A stretch of DNA of 24,000 nucleotides from positions 1 through 24,000 of the forward strand of contig JAENYF010000003.1 in NCBI GenBank assembly GCA_016841905.1. Direction: 5' to 3'. Below are positions 14,575-22,259 of the stretch, one piece after another. This stretch comes from Desulfoscipio geothermicus. GTDB lineage: Bacteria > Bacillota > Desulfotomaculia > Desulfotomaculales > Desulfallaceae. Made by a program: the position numbers and the translations under genes. Within the stretch, counting starts at the first letter, position 1. Each line of letters begins with the position of its first letter. Below the pieces are notes generated by a model. The model saw nothing but the letters and a program-made list of their open reading frames with translations, had not been told where the DNA came from and did not search any database.

Positions 14575-15726
14575 GTGAGTTTACTTGTTCTAGGAAATAA
14601 AAGGGGTGCGGCACTACCTATTGTTCTTATGGTTATGCTTGTATTAGGATTACTGGGAGTTAGCTTGTGGCAATACAGTATGGCAGATACCCTTCAAGTA
14701 TCGAGAGATATAAAACATATGCAAGCACATTATGTTGCTCGTGCAGGGGCTAATATGGGCTTTAAAGTTATAAGTGATTTATTTAATTCTGATAATAAAC
14801 CGGAAAATATTGAAGACCTAAGTACAGAATTGGCATCTCGTGTTATCCAAGGAGATATTGCCACCGGTAACTTCACAGTAAAGTTTCATGATTTTGATTT
14901 AGATAGTAATAAGATTAAAATAACTTCAGAAGGTGTATTAAAAACGGATCCAAGCATTAAGGATTTAGTAGTCTTAACAGTTTTTTTATCAATCTTTGAT
15001 CACGTTATAATAGATATAGAGAGACCCGCTGTTTGGTTTGGGGGCAATAGTCATAATGCTTTACATAAGGCATTTGATAATCCGTTACCCGATAATGGTG
15101 TAATTCTTTATAGTACCAATAACCAATGTCTGCAATATGTGCAAAACCAGGAGAACACTTTTTTAGCATATTCTATTGAATTTCGAGCGCAGGAATATAG
15201 TAAAAACGACACACGAGAGTACAGTTTTGAGGTTAAAGAATCTCGAAGTATTAGTCTGGATGCGAAATATATTATTTTTAAGGGAATTGTATCACTTGAG
15301 GATAAAAAGGATGGTAATAACATGGCAATAATTAACCTTTTATCTTCTTCAACGGAACGAACTTTTGAAGGGTTAGCATTAGAAGAAAAGGGCCTTGACT
15401 TAAGAAATGACTTGGATATTGGGGATAGTATACCTTTAGAAACCATTAGAATGAATCGTTTTGGTGTGGTAGTTTTTGAAGACGATGTGATTTGGAAAAA
15501 AGGAGACAACAGTGAAGAAACAATAATATTGCCTGGATATTATTTATATAATGAAGCAGGAGTTACCTTAGCGCAAGATGTGGTTCATCCAAATAATGTT
15601 GGAGAGTACTATTCTAATAAGTTAATAAAAATCACAAATGAAGAAAAAATTAAAGATATTTTTGAAGATTCAAGAGTAATTAGTTCAGAATATAACATAG
15701 ATAAAATTATATGGGGAAGGGGCTAA
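14575..15726 (+). CDS. PilX-N-like pilus assembly / minor pilin-like protein
   Basis: The N-terminus KRGAALPIVLMVMLVLGLLGVSLWQYS...AHYVARAGANMG fits the PilX N-terminal pattern (RG-A/S-hydrophobic helix ... AEAG). There is no canonical G/F..E cleavage site. GTG 14575 behind GGGGG is preferred over TTG 14557. Confidence 0.6.
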   Translation: MSLLVLGNKRGAALPIVLMVMLVLGLLGVSLWQYSMADTLQVSRDIKHMQAHYVARAGANMGFKVISDLFNSDNKPENIEDLSTELASRVIQGDIATGNFTVKFHDFDLDSNKIKITSEGVLKTDPSIKDLVVLTVFLSIFDHVIIDIERPAVWFGGNSHNALHKAFDNPLPDNGVILYSTNNQCLQYVQNQENTFLAYSIEFRAQEYSKNDTREYSFEVKESRSISLDAKYIIFKGIVSLEDKKDGNNMAIINLLSSSTERTFEGLALEEKGLDLRNDLDIGDSIPLETIRMNRFGVVVFEDDVIWKKGDNSEETIILPGYYLYNEAGVTLAQDVVHPNNVGEYYSNKLIKITNEEKIKDIFEDSRVISSEYNIDKIIWGRG

Positions 15727-15762
15727 TTATTATTTAGAGTATCTGTTTAAGAGGGTGGGTTT

Positions 15763-16113
15763 GTGGGTAAAAGGAAACAGCATGAAAATGGCTTTGCTCT
15801 AGTGGAAGTATTAATAGCGTTGATTATCTTATTAATTATTGTATTTGCATTCGTCTCTCTTTTTAGCTTTAGTTTTTCAGGTGTAATGTCAGCCGGTTAT
15901 AGTAGTGATGCTCTTTATGAAGCACAACAAAAAATGGAGAATGCTTTATTGGATACAACATATTTAGGTGATAATGCCGGAGAAGTAGTGCGAACACCTA
16001 ATACTATAAACGGGATATATGGACAAGAACTAACTGTGAACATTGATTATTTAGACGGCAATGGTAATGTGAGAACAGTTTCTTTGACTACTTTTTTACC
16101 AGATAATATGTAA
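15763..16113 (+). CDS. Minor pilin (prepilin-type N-terminal cleavage/methylation domain)
   Basis: MGKRKQHENG followed by FALVEVLIALIILLIIVFAF (G-1, F+1, E+5). It is small (116 aa). The GTG start follows GAGGGTGGG. Confidence 0.8.
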   Translation: MGKRKQHENGFALVEVLIALIILLIIVFAFVSLFSFSFSGVMSAGYSSDALYEAQQKMENALLDTTYLGDNAGEVVRTPNTINGIYGQELTVNIDYLDGNGNVRTVSLTTFLPDNM

Positions 16114-16134
16114 AATAAATCAGGTGATGCTTCG

Positions 16135-17178
16135 GTGGGTAATGTAAAATTAAACTACATTCAGGGAGAAAATGGTTATAGTTTAGTTGAGTTAATAGTG
16201 GCCATTTTTTTACTATTAATAACTTTGGCGATTGGGTTTAGCTTTTTTTTCTTTGGTTTAAATTCATTTGTAACCGGCGAATTGAATTCCAATGTGCAGC
16301 AAAACGTACGGTTAAAAGCAAAATATATTAGTGATGAAGTTCGTTATGCAACAGAAATGGAAATACTTGCAACTAAACCATCAGATGCTGAATTCAATGA
16401 TAGCTATAACTATATGTATTTAGATGACGGGAAAATAATGGTTAAGAAAGGTGCTGAGGCAGCTTATCAGGTACCTGTTGGTATTTCAGAAGGAATAGAA
16501 TTTTCTTTAGATTTTTATGGTAACGAAATAGAAACTTCTATGATAAAATTCCTTATATCTGGCAAAAAGAATGAAGGTAAAAAATATGAAGTTTCTTCCG
16601 AAGTATCTGTGCTTAATTTAACTTACATCCCAAATGTCAGCGGTACAGCCATAAAATACCGGGATAAAGTTTTTTTAGTAATAACAAATACTGATTTAAA
16701 TTATTCAATAAATGGTGAACCTTATGAACATAAATTTTTAGCTAGAGGCGGTAACCCGCCTTATTATTTCACGGGACAAGGTGAGATTCCCTTGGGACTT
16801 TTTCTTAATAGCGGCGGTGAATTTTCGGGAACCCCTGCTAATGAGGGTTACTTCACCTTTAAGGTTACAGTAACTGACGCCGAGGGTGATATCTCAAGTC
16901 ATGAGTTTACAATTCAAGTAAAACCACCCAAGTTAGGTGCATCTATTGAAACAATTTCGGGCATTACATCTCTACGAATTTCGAATGTAAGAAATGCTGC
17001 TACTATAAAGATTTATAGAGTAAATGAACCAGAACCCGTTTATACGTTCGATGAAGATGGAGACACGTATATTGATTTAGTAAATGATATTTCTTTGACT
17101 AATGGTGATTATTTTACCACCCAAACTGTTAATGGTGTTACGAGTGAACGGTCAGACGTTATCAATATAAGCATTTAA
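16135..17178 (+). CDS. Modular minor pilin: prepilin N-terminus plus a C-terminal Ig-like (He_PIG/putative Ig) domain
   Basis: GENG followed by YSLVELIVAIFLLLITLAIGF (G-1, Y+1, E+5). The stretch ARGGNPPYYFTGQGEIPLGLFLNSGGEFSGTPANEGYFTFKVTVTDAEGDISSHEFTIQV matches the putative-Ig (He_PIG/dystroglycan-type) pattern and is followed by a further beta-rich tail. The GTG start lies 7 nt after AGGTGA. Confidence 0.8.
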   Translation: MGNVKLNYIQGENGYSLVELIVAIFLLLITLAIGFSFFFFGLNSFVTGELNSNVQQNVRLKAKYISDEVRYATEMEILATKPSDAEFNDSYNYMYLDDGKIMVKKGAEAAYQVPVGISEGIEFSLDFYGNEIETSMIKFLISGKKNEGKKYEVSSEVSVLNLTYIPNVSGTAIKYRDKVFLVITNTDLNYSINGEPYEHKFLARGGNPPYYFTGQGEIPLGLFLNSGGEFSGTPANEGYFTFKVTVTDAEGDISSHEFTIQVKPPKLGASIETISGITSLRISNVRNAATIKIYRVNEPEPVYTFDEDGDTYIDLVNDISLTNGDYFTTQTVNGVTSERSDVINISI

Positions 17179-17514
17179 AAATACGTTCTAGTTGATTAAA
17201 CTTCAATTATTCTTTAAGCCTATTTTATTTAAGCACTCTGATATATTAACAGTCCGTTTAAATTTCCTTGTCCCCCCCTGCTTTTAAAACTGACATCCTC
17301 ATAAGCCAAACCGACCGCGGTGGGGGAACAGGTGTTCTTTTCTCGTGCCGAATTATATGGATAAAATTGTTGAAAAATGTCTAAATCTCGAAGGTTTTTC
17401 TTTAGTTTGTCGAGAATTTTTATAAAAATTAGTAGGAGCAAAGATTTTAGCAAAATAATGGAATGTAAACAAACCTTCCGGTTGGTTAACTCCGGAGGAT
17501 TCGAGGTGTTAATA

Positions 17515-19965
17515 ATGTTTTCGACTGCTAATAAGCCTTCAAAGCAACTGAATTTTCCAATTAGTGAATTAAAACAAGTGGAAGAAGCACTGCACAAGAG
17601 CGAAGAGCAGTATCGTCAACTTGTTGAACTTTCACTTGATGCTATTATCATCCACTGCGAAGGCAGGATCGTCTTTGCGAATATGGCTACTGTAAAACTT
17701 TTAGGTGCGGCTAATATCGAAGAAATCATTGGAAAGCCGTTAATGGATATTGTTCACCTGGACTACCGGGAAATCGTCAAAGAGCGCATACGACAAGCAG
17801 AGGAACATGGAAAGACAGCGCCGTTGGATGAAGAGAAGTTCACCCGGTTTGATGGGTCGGTTGTAGAGGTAGAAGTGGCGGCAATTCCTTTCACCTACCA
17901 GGGTAAACCGGCGACGCAAGCTATTGTCCGCGATATCACCGAGCGCAAGTTGGCAGAGAATGCACTTCGGGAGTCTGAAGAGAAGTACCGAACTATTTTT
18001 GAAACTGCCGGTACCTCGATGGTTATTATCGAGGAAAAAGATATAATTTCCCTGGCTAACACGGAAGCGGAAAAACTTCTCGGCTATTCCAAAGACGATT
18101 TGGAGGGCAAGAAAAATTGGACGGATTTTATCGTACAAGATGATTTGGAGAGAATAAAAGCATTTCATCGCACGCGAAAAACTGACCCAAGTGCTGCTCT
18201 AAGGAACTGTAAATTGCGGTTCATTGACAGGCAGGGTAATGTTAAAGACATCCTTATGACTGTTGACATGATTCCGGGAACAAAAAAGAGCGTAGCATCT
18301 TTTTTAGATATTACCGAACGCACAAGGACTGAAAACCGTATCCATCAACTTTACAGAGAGAACCTGCGCCAGCTGAAAACCATCAGTGCGCTATATGATA
18401 ATGCGCAGAAACTCGGGCAAAGTCTGGATTTACAGGAACTGGCCGAAGATGTTACCCGTACCTGTGTGGAAATTTTCGGGGCGAGCTTAGCCGGGCTTAG
18501 TAGTGCCGAAGAGGATGGCCGTGTAAGTTTGCCAATTTACTTTCCCCGGGAGATAAAATATCCGCGGCAAATAACGTTGCGCTGGGATAACTCATCACAT
18601 GGGCAGGGCCCAACAGGCACCGCCATCCGTACCGGCTTGCCGGTTATTATCACGGATATCGCCACCGATCCTATTTTTGCTCCGTGGCGCAAGGCCGCGC
18701 TGGAGCAGGGATATTGCTGTGCCGCCGCATTTCCCCTTATCAGCCGCGGTAAACCTTTTGGCGCACTGATGCTGCACAGCGACCTGTCCGGCTTCTTTTC
18801 ACCTGAGCGCGTTGAATTCTTCCGGGCTTATGCTCAACAAGTCGCCGCTGCGCTGGTAAACGCCCGGCTGTTTAAAGAAATAAAGCGTCACTCCGAACAT
18901 TTGCAGGCCTTGCGCAATATTGATATGGTTATTACCGCCAGTCTGGACCAGCGTGTCACCTTCAACGTTATCCTGGACCAGGTAACCGCCCAACTGGACG
19001 TTGACGCCGCCGGTATTCTGCTGCTTAATAAGTATACACAGACGCTGGAATATGCTGCCGGTCGTGGTTTCCTCTCCAAGGCTATCGAGCGCTCCCGCTT
19101 GCACCTGGGCGAGGGGTACGCCGGACGGGCTGCTCTGGAGCGGCGTATCGTTAAAATCCCCAATTTACCGGAAGCAGAGGGATTCTTTACTTTCACCCAG
19201 CTAATATCGCATGAGGGTTTCATATCCTACTACGGCGTACCGCTTATTGCCAAAGGGCAGGTCAATGGCGTGTTGGAAGTATTTCACCGTGCACAGCTCG
19301 ACCCCGATCATGAGTGGCTGGACTTTCTGGAGGCCCTGGCGGGGCAGGCGGCCATCGCTATTGATAACGCCTCCTTGTTTAATGACCTGCAGCACTCCAA
19401 TGTTGAACTAACCCTGGCCTATGACGCTACCATTGAAGGCTGGGCACATGCCCTGGACCTGCGGGATAAAGGAACCGAAGGCCATAGCCGGCGTGTCACT
19501 GAGATGACAATGTACCTGGCGCGTGCTTTAGGGATGAGTGATGCAGAATTGGTGCACGTACGCCGGGGCGCGCTGCTCCACGACATTGGAAAGATGGGCG
19601 TTCCTGATCGGATACTGCTCAAGCCCGGCCCGCTTACAGAAGAAGAATGGGCAACCATGTACCGTCACCCGGTTTATGCATACGAAATGCTTTCGGCAAT
19701 CGACTACTTACGCCCAGCCCTGGACATCCCCTACTGCCATCACGAAAAGTGGGACGGCACGGGCTACCCGCGCGGGCTGAAAGGCGAGCAGATTCCGCTT
19801 GCGGCACGCATCTTTGCCGTGGTTGACGTATGGGACGCACTTACCTCGGAGCGCCCTTACCGTTCTGCCTGGCCTGAAGGCAAGGTGCGTGAACACATCA
19901 TTGAGCAGGCTGGAAAGCATTTTGATCCCAAGGTTGTTGAGGTTTTTCTAAAAATAGAAGTATAG
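17515..19965 (+). CDS. PAS-PAS-GAF-GAF-HD-GYP protein (c-di-GMP phosphodiesterase type)
   Basis: Two PAS domains (SEEQYRQLVELSLDAIIIH...VRDITERK and SEEKYRTIFETAGTSMVII...FLDITERT) and two GAF domains. HD-GYP motifs are GHSRRV, LLHDIGKMGVP, HHEKWDGTGYPRGL and DVWDALTSERPYR. I moved the start to ATG 17515, behind GAGGTG, because the ORF-track extension is AT-rich and not protein-like. Confidence 0.9.
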   Translation: MFSTANKPSKQLNFPISELKQVEEALHKSEEQYRQLVELSLDAIIIHCEGRIVFANMATVKLLGAANIEEIIGKPLMDIVHLDYREIVKERIRQAEEHGKTAPLDEEKFTRFDGSVVEVEVAAIPFTYQGKPATQAIVRDITERKLAENALRESEEKYRTIFETAGTSMVIIEEKDIISLANTEAEKLLGYSKDDLEGKKNWTDFIVQDDLERIKAFHRTRKTDPSAALRNCKLRFIDRQGNVKDILMTVDMIPGTKKSVASFLDITERTRTENRIHQLYRENLRQLKTISALYDNAQKLGQSLDLQELAEDVTRTCVEIFGASLAGLSSAEEDGRVSLPIYFPREIKYPRQITLRWDNSSHGQGPTGTAIRTGLPVIITDIATDPIFAPWRKAALEQGYCCAAAFPLISRGKPFGALMLHSDLSGFFSPERVEFFRAYAQQVAAALVNARLFKEIKRHSEHLQALRNIDMVITASLDQRVTFNVILDQVTAQLDVDAAGILLLNKYTQTLEYAAGRGFLSKAIERSRLHLGEGYAGRAALERRIVKIPNLPEAEGFFTFTQLISHEGFISYYGVPLIAKGQVNGVLEVFHRAQLDPDHEWLDFLEALAGQAAIAIDNASLFNDLQHSNVELTLAYDATIEGWAHALDLRDKGTEGHSRRVTEMTMYLARALGMSDAELVHVRRGALLHDIGKMGVPDRILLKPGPLTEEEWATMYRHPVYAYEMLSAIDYLRPALDIPYCHHEKWDGTGYPRGLKGEQIPLAARIFAVVDVWDALTSERPYRSAWPEGKVREHIIEQAGKHFDPKVVEVFLKIEV

Positions 19966-20071
19966 ATATTTAAATATTATTATGATAAAATTTAGTAGAA
20001 AATTGCCTCAGTAACAATTATTATCAATTTTATGCTGGATGTGCCAATGCTGATAACCAGGAGGTATGTAA

Positions 20072-20896
20072 ATGGGATTGACTCAAACCTTAACAAATAA
20101 TGTTGAAGAAATTGCACAAGAAACAGCAACGATGATAAAGAATATTCCTCTAGATAATGAGATTGAATATTCTGTCTTGATAAGTCGATTACGCGAATTG
20201 GTCAACCAGTTAATATTAACATTAAAATCAGGTGTAGATGAAGATTATATTAGATTCTTTGATGATTTAATCCGGCAAAAAGTCAATGAAGGCTACAACA
20301 TTAATGATATTCAAAGAATATTGACGGTATTGCGGGATAAGTTAATAGACGTAATTGAAAAGGAATATTATGAGCAACCGGACAAGATAAACGAGTACTT
20401 TAAGGTAATAGTCAAAATTATCGGCGAGTCAAGAATTAGCATAGGCAAAGCTTACATTAAGGTACGGGAGAATACAATAATACAGCAGCAGCAAGCTCTT
20501 AATGAGTTGTCAACCCCAATAATACCGCTTTTTGACAAAATCGTGGTGGTACCGCTAGTTGGCACTATCGATACCTTTCGAGCAAAGCAAACAATAGAGC
20601 GATTATTAAACGCTATAGTCTCCGAACATGCGGAAATTGTTATTATAGATGTTACCGGGGTACCTATAATTGATACAGCAGTTGCCCAAAACCTGCTTAA
20701 CGCAGCTAGTGCAGCTAGGTTGCTGGGCAGCACTTGTATTTTAGTAGGGATCAGCCCTGATATGGCCCAAACCATAATTAAACTGGATGTTAATTTATTT
20801 AGTAGTGTCATAACCAATACCAATTTAAAAAAAGGTTTAGAAACAGCACTAAATATAATCGGCCTGAAAATAACACCCGTGCAAAAGGGTAGGTGA
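20072..20896 (+). CDS. rsbR: Stressosome sensor/scaffold protein RsbR-like (N-terminal sensor domain plus C-terminal STAS)
   Basis: The C-terminal STAS is LSTPIIPLFDKIVVVPLVGTIDTFRAKQ...IIDVTGVPIIDTAVAQNL...LVGISPDMAQTIIKL. AGGAGG lies 8 nt upstream. The gene heads an R-S-T-X gene order. Confidence 0.85.
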   Translation: MGLTQTLTNNVEEIAQETATMIKNIPLDNEIEYSVLISRLRELVNQLILTLKSGVDEDYIRFFDDLIRQKVNEGYNINDIQRILTVLRDKLIDVIEKEYYEQPDKINEYFKVIVKIIGESRISIGKAYIKVRENTIIQQQQALNELSTPIIPLFDKIVVVPLVGTIDTFRAKQTIERLLNAIVSEHAEIVIIDVTGVPIIDTAVAQNLLNAASAARLLGSTCILVGISPDMAQTIIKLDVNLFSSVITNTNLKKGLETALNIIGLKITPVQKGR

Positions 20897-20903
20897 ACAA
20901 ATA

Positions 20904-21248
20904 ATGGAAATCCCTATTTTAAAAATAGACAACTGCTTGGTGGTATCTATCCAGGGCAGTTTAACCGATACGGCGGCCCTTGAGCTTCAAGAGAACCTGG
21001 CCCGGGACATATCACAACAAGAACCTGTGGGAGTACTGGTTGACCTAACCGCGGTGGAAATTGTAGATAGCTTTGTGGCTAAAGTATTAAGCGATATATC
21101 TTCCATGTCCAAGCTAATGGGGGTTAATGTGGTAGTAACCGGAATTCAACCGGGTGTGGCGATTACCTTAATAGAGCTGGGTATTACCCTAGAAGGTATA
21201 CGTACTGCATTAAATTTACAAAAAGGTATTGATCTTCTCCGTGCATAG
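20904..21248 (+). CDS. rsbS: Stressosome STAS protein RsbS
   Basis: IPILKIDNCLVVSIQGSL...VDLTAVEIVDSFVAKVLSDISSMSKLMGVNVVVTGIQPGVAITLIELG is close to my recollection of B. subtilis RsbS, including the phosphorylatable Ser in IVDSF. Confidence 0.9.
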   Translation: MEIPILKIDNCLVVSIQGSLTDTAALELQENLARDISQQEPVGVLVDLTAVEIVDSFVAKVLSDISSMSKLMGVNVVVTGIQPGVAITLIELGITLEGIRTALNLQKGIDLLRA

Positions 21249-21263
21249 TGAGGAGTGAAAAGT

Positions 21264-21671
21264 ATGGAAAGCATGCAAGAAATAAATGTGCATCTTGAAA
21301 ATGAATTGGATATCGTCGCTGCCAGGCAGGCAGTGCGAAATCTTTCTAAATCAATGGGGTTTGGGTTGGTGGACCAAACCAGGATCACCACAGCTATTTC
21401 TGAACTGGCCCGTAATATCGTTCTTTATGCAGGAGAAGGCTCTATATATCTTCGGGCAATTAATAACGGTTTGCGGAAAGGTATTGAAATATTGGCTTCG
21501 GATAATGGACCCGGCATTGATAGTATTCAGCTGGCCATGCAAGACGGCTATACCACTTCACGGGGTCTGGGTGCCGGACTTCCCGGCACCAAAAGATTAA
21601 TGGATGAATTTAGTATACGGTCTGGCTCGGGTGAAGGAACACAGGTGGTTGTGCGTAAATGGTTAAGGTAG
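21264..21671 (+). CDS. rsbT: Stressosome serine kinase / switch protein RsbT
   Basis: DIVAARQAVRNLSKSMGFGLVDQTRITTAISELARNIVLYAG...DNGPGI...GLGAGLPGTKRLMDEFSI...KWLR closely matches my recollection of B. subtilis RsbT. ATG 21264 lies 8 nt after GAGGAG (the ORF track starts at GTG 21255). Confidence 0.9.
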   Translation: MESMQEINVHLENELDIVAARQAVRNLSKSMGFGLVDQTRITTAISELARNIVLYAGEGSIYLRAINNGLRKGIEILASDNGPGIDSIQLAMQDGYTTSRGLGAGLPGTKRLMDEFSIRSGSGEGTQVVVRKWLR

Positions 21672-22234
21672 ACTACGGGGTGGTTTCGAAGCCCAAGAAT
21701 AAGGGTGACTTGAACGGTGATGCTTATCTTGCCATTTCCGAGAGAGACTATGCCTTTTTTGCCGTAATCGATGGTCTGGGTAGTGGTGCAGATGCTTCTA
21801 GGGCCGCCAAGAGAGTAATTAATTTTTTTAAAGAATATACTCATTTAAATGTGAAAAATTTGTTGTTAAACTGTCAACTTTATGTTTTTGGTGAACGAGG
21901 TGCCGCGGCAAGTGTATTGCGGTTAAACCTGGCTTCAGGTGCCTTTGAATATATCGGAATAGGTAATGTCGAAGGTTATATATGGGCGGACAAGCCCATA
22001 AGTTTAGTTAACAATAACGGTACACTAGGCCGTGCTATACCGCAATCACCGTATGTAAATAAAGGGACGGTCCAAAGTGGCAATTACATTTATATATTTT
22101 CTGATGGGATATCACGTGACTTTATCAATAAAAGCACCTATTTACACCAAGAACCCTGGGAAATGGCTCAAAAGATTGAAAAAGATCATATGAAAAACGA
22201 CGACAGAACAATAATGGTTATTAAAATAGTATAA
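21659..22234 (+). CDS. rsbX: PP2C-type feedback phosphatase RsbX-like
   Basis: NGDAYLA...FAVIDGLGSGADASRAA, RGAAASVLRLN, IGNVEG, IFSDGI and DDRTIMVIK parallel RsbX (CGDSF...AVADGLGSG, RGATASILKIN, VGNV, HTDGL, DDLTY). It overlaps the rsbT end by 13 nt. Confidence 0.8.
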   Translation: MVKVDYGVVSKPKNKGDLNGDAYLAISERDYAFFAVIDGLGSGADASRAAKRVINFFKEYTHLNVKNLLLNCQLYVFGERGAAASVLRLNLASGAFEYIGIGNVEGYIWADKPISLVNNNGTLGRAIPQSPYVNKGTVQSGNYIYIFSDGISRDFINKSTYLHQEPWEMAQKIEKDHMKNDDRTIMVIKIV

Positions 22235-22259
22235 CCAACTTAAAAAAGGGGGCGGGCCT

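Noticed and set aside
13864-15509. Minus-strand ORFs 13864-14187 and 15108-15509
   Set aside because: They are antisense to the coding regions of the stalk-domain protein and the PilX-like protein. They are low-complexity, with no RBS or motifs.
17229-17597. 122-aa minus-strand ORF, and the 46-codon N-terminal extension (17377-17514) of the HD-GYP ORF
   Set aside because: Both lie in the AT-rich intergenic region and are not protein-like (F/S/R/K/I runs). A good RBS (GAGGTG) precedes the internal ATG 17515, where PAS-domain similarity begins.
18595-19920. Cluster of short ORFs on both strands inside the HD-GYP gene
   Set aside because: They are GC-rich alternative frames of a gene with unambiguous GAF and HD-GYP motifs in its own frame.
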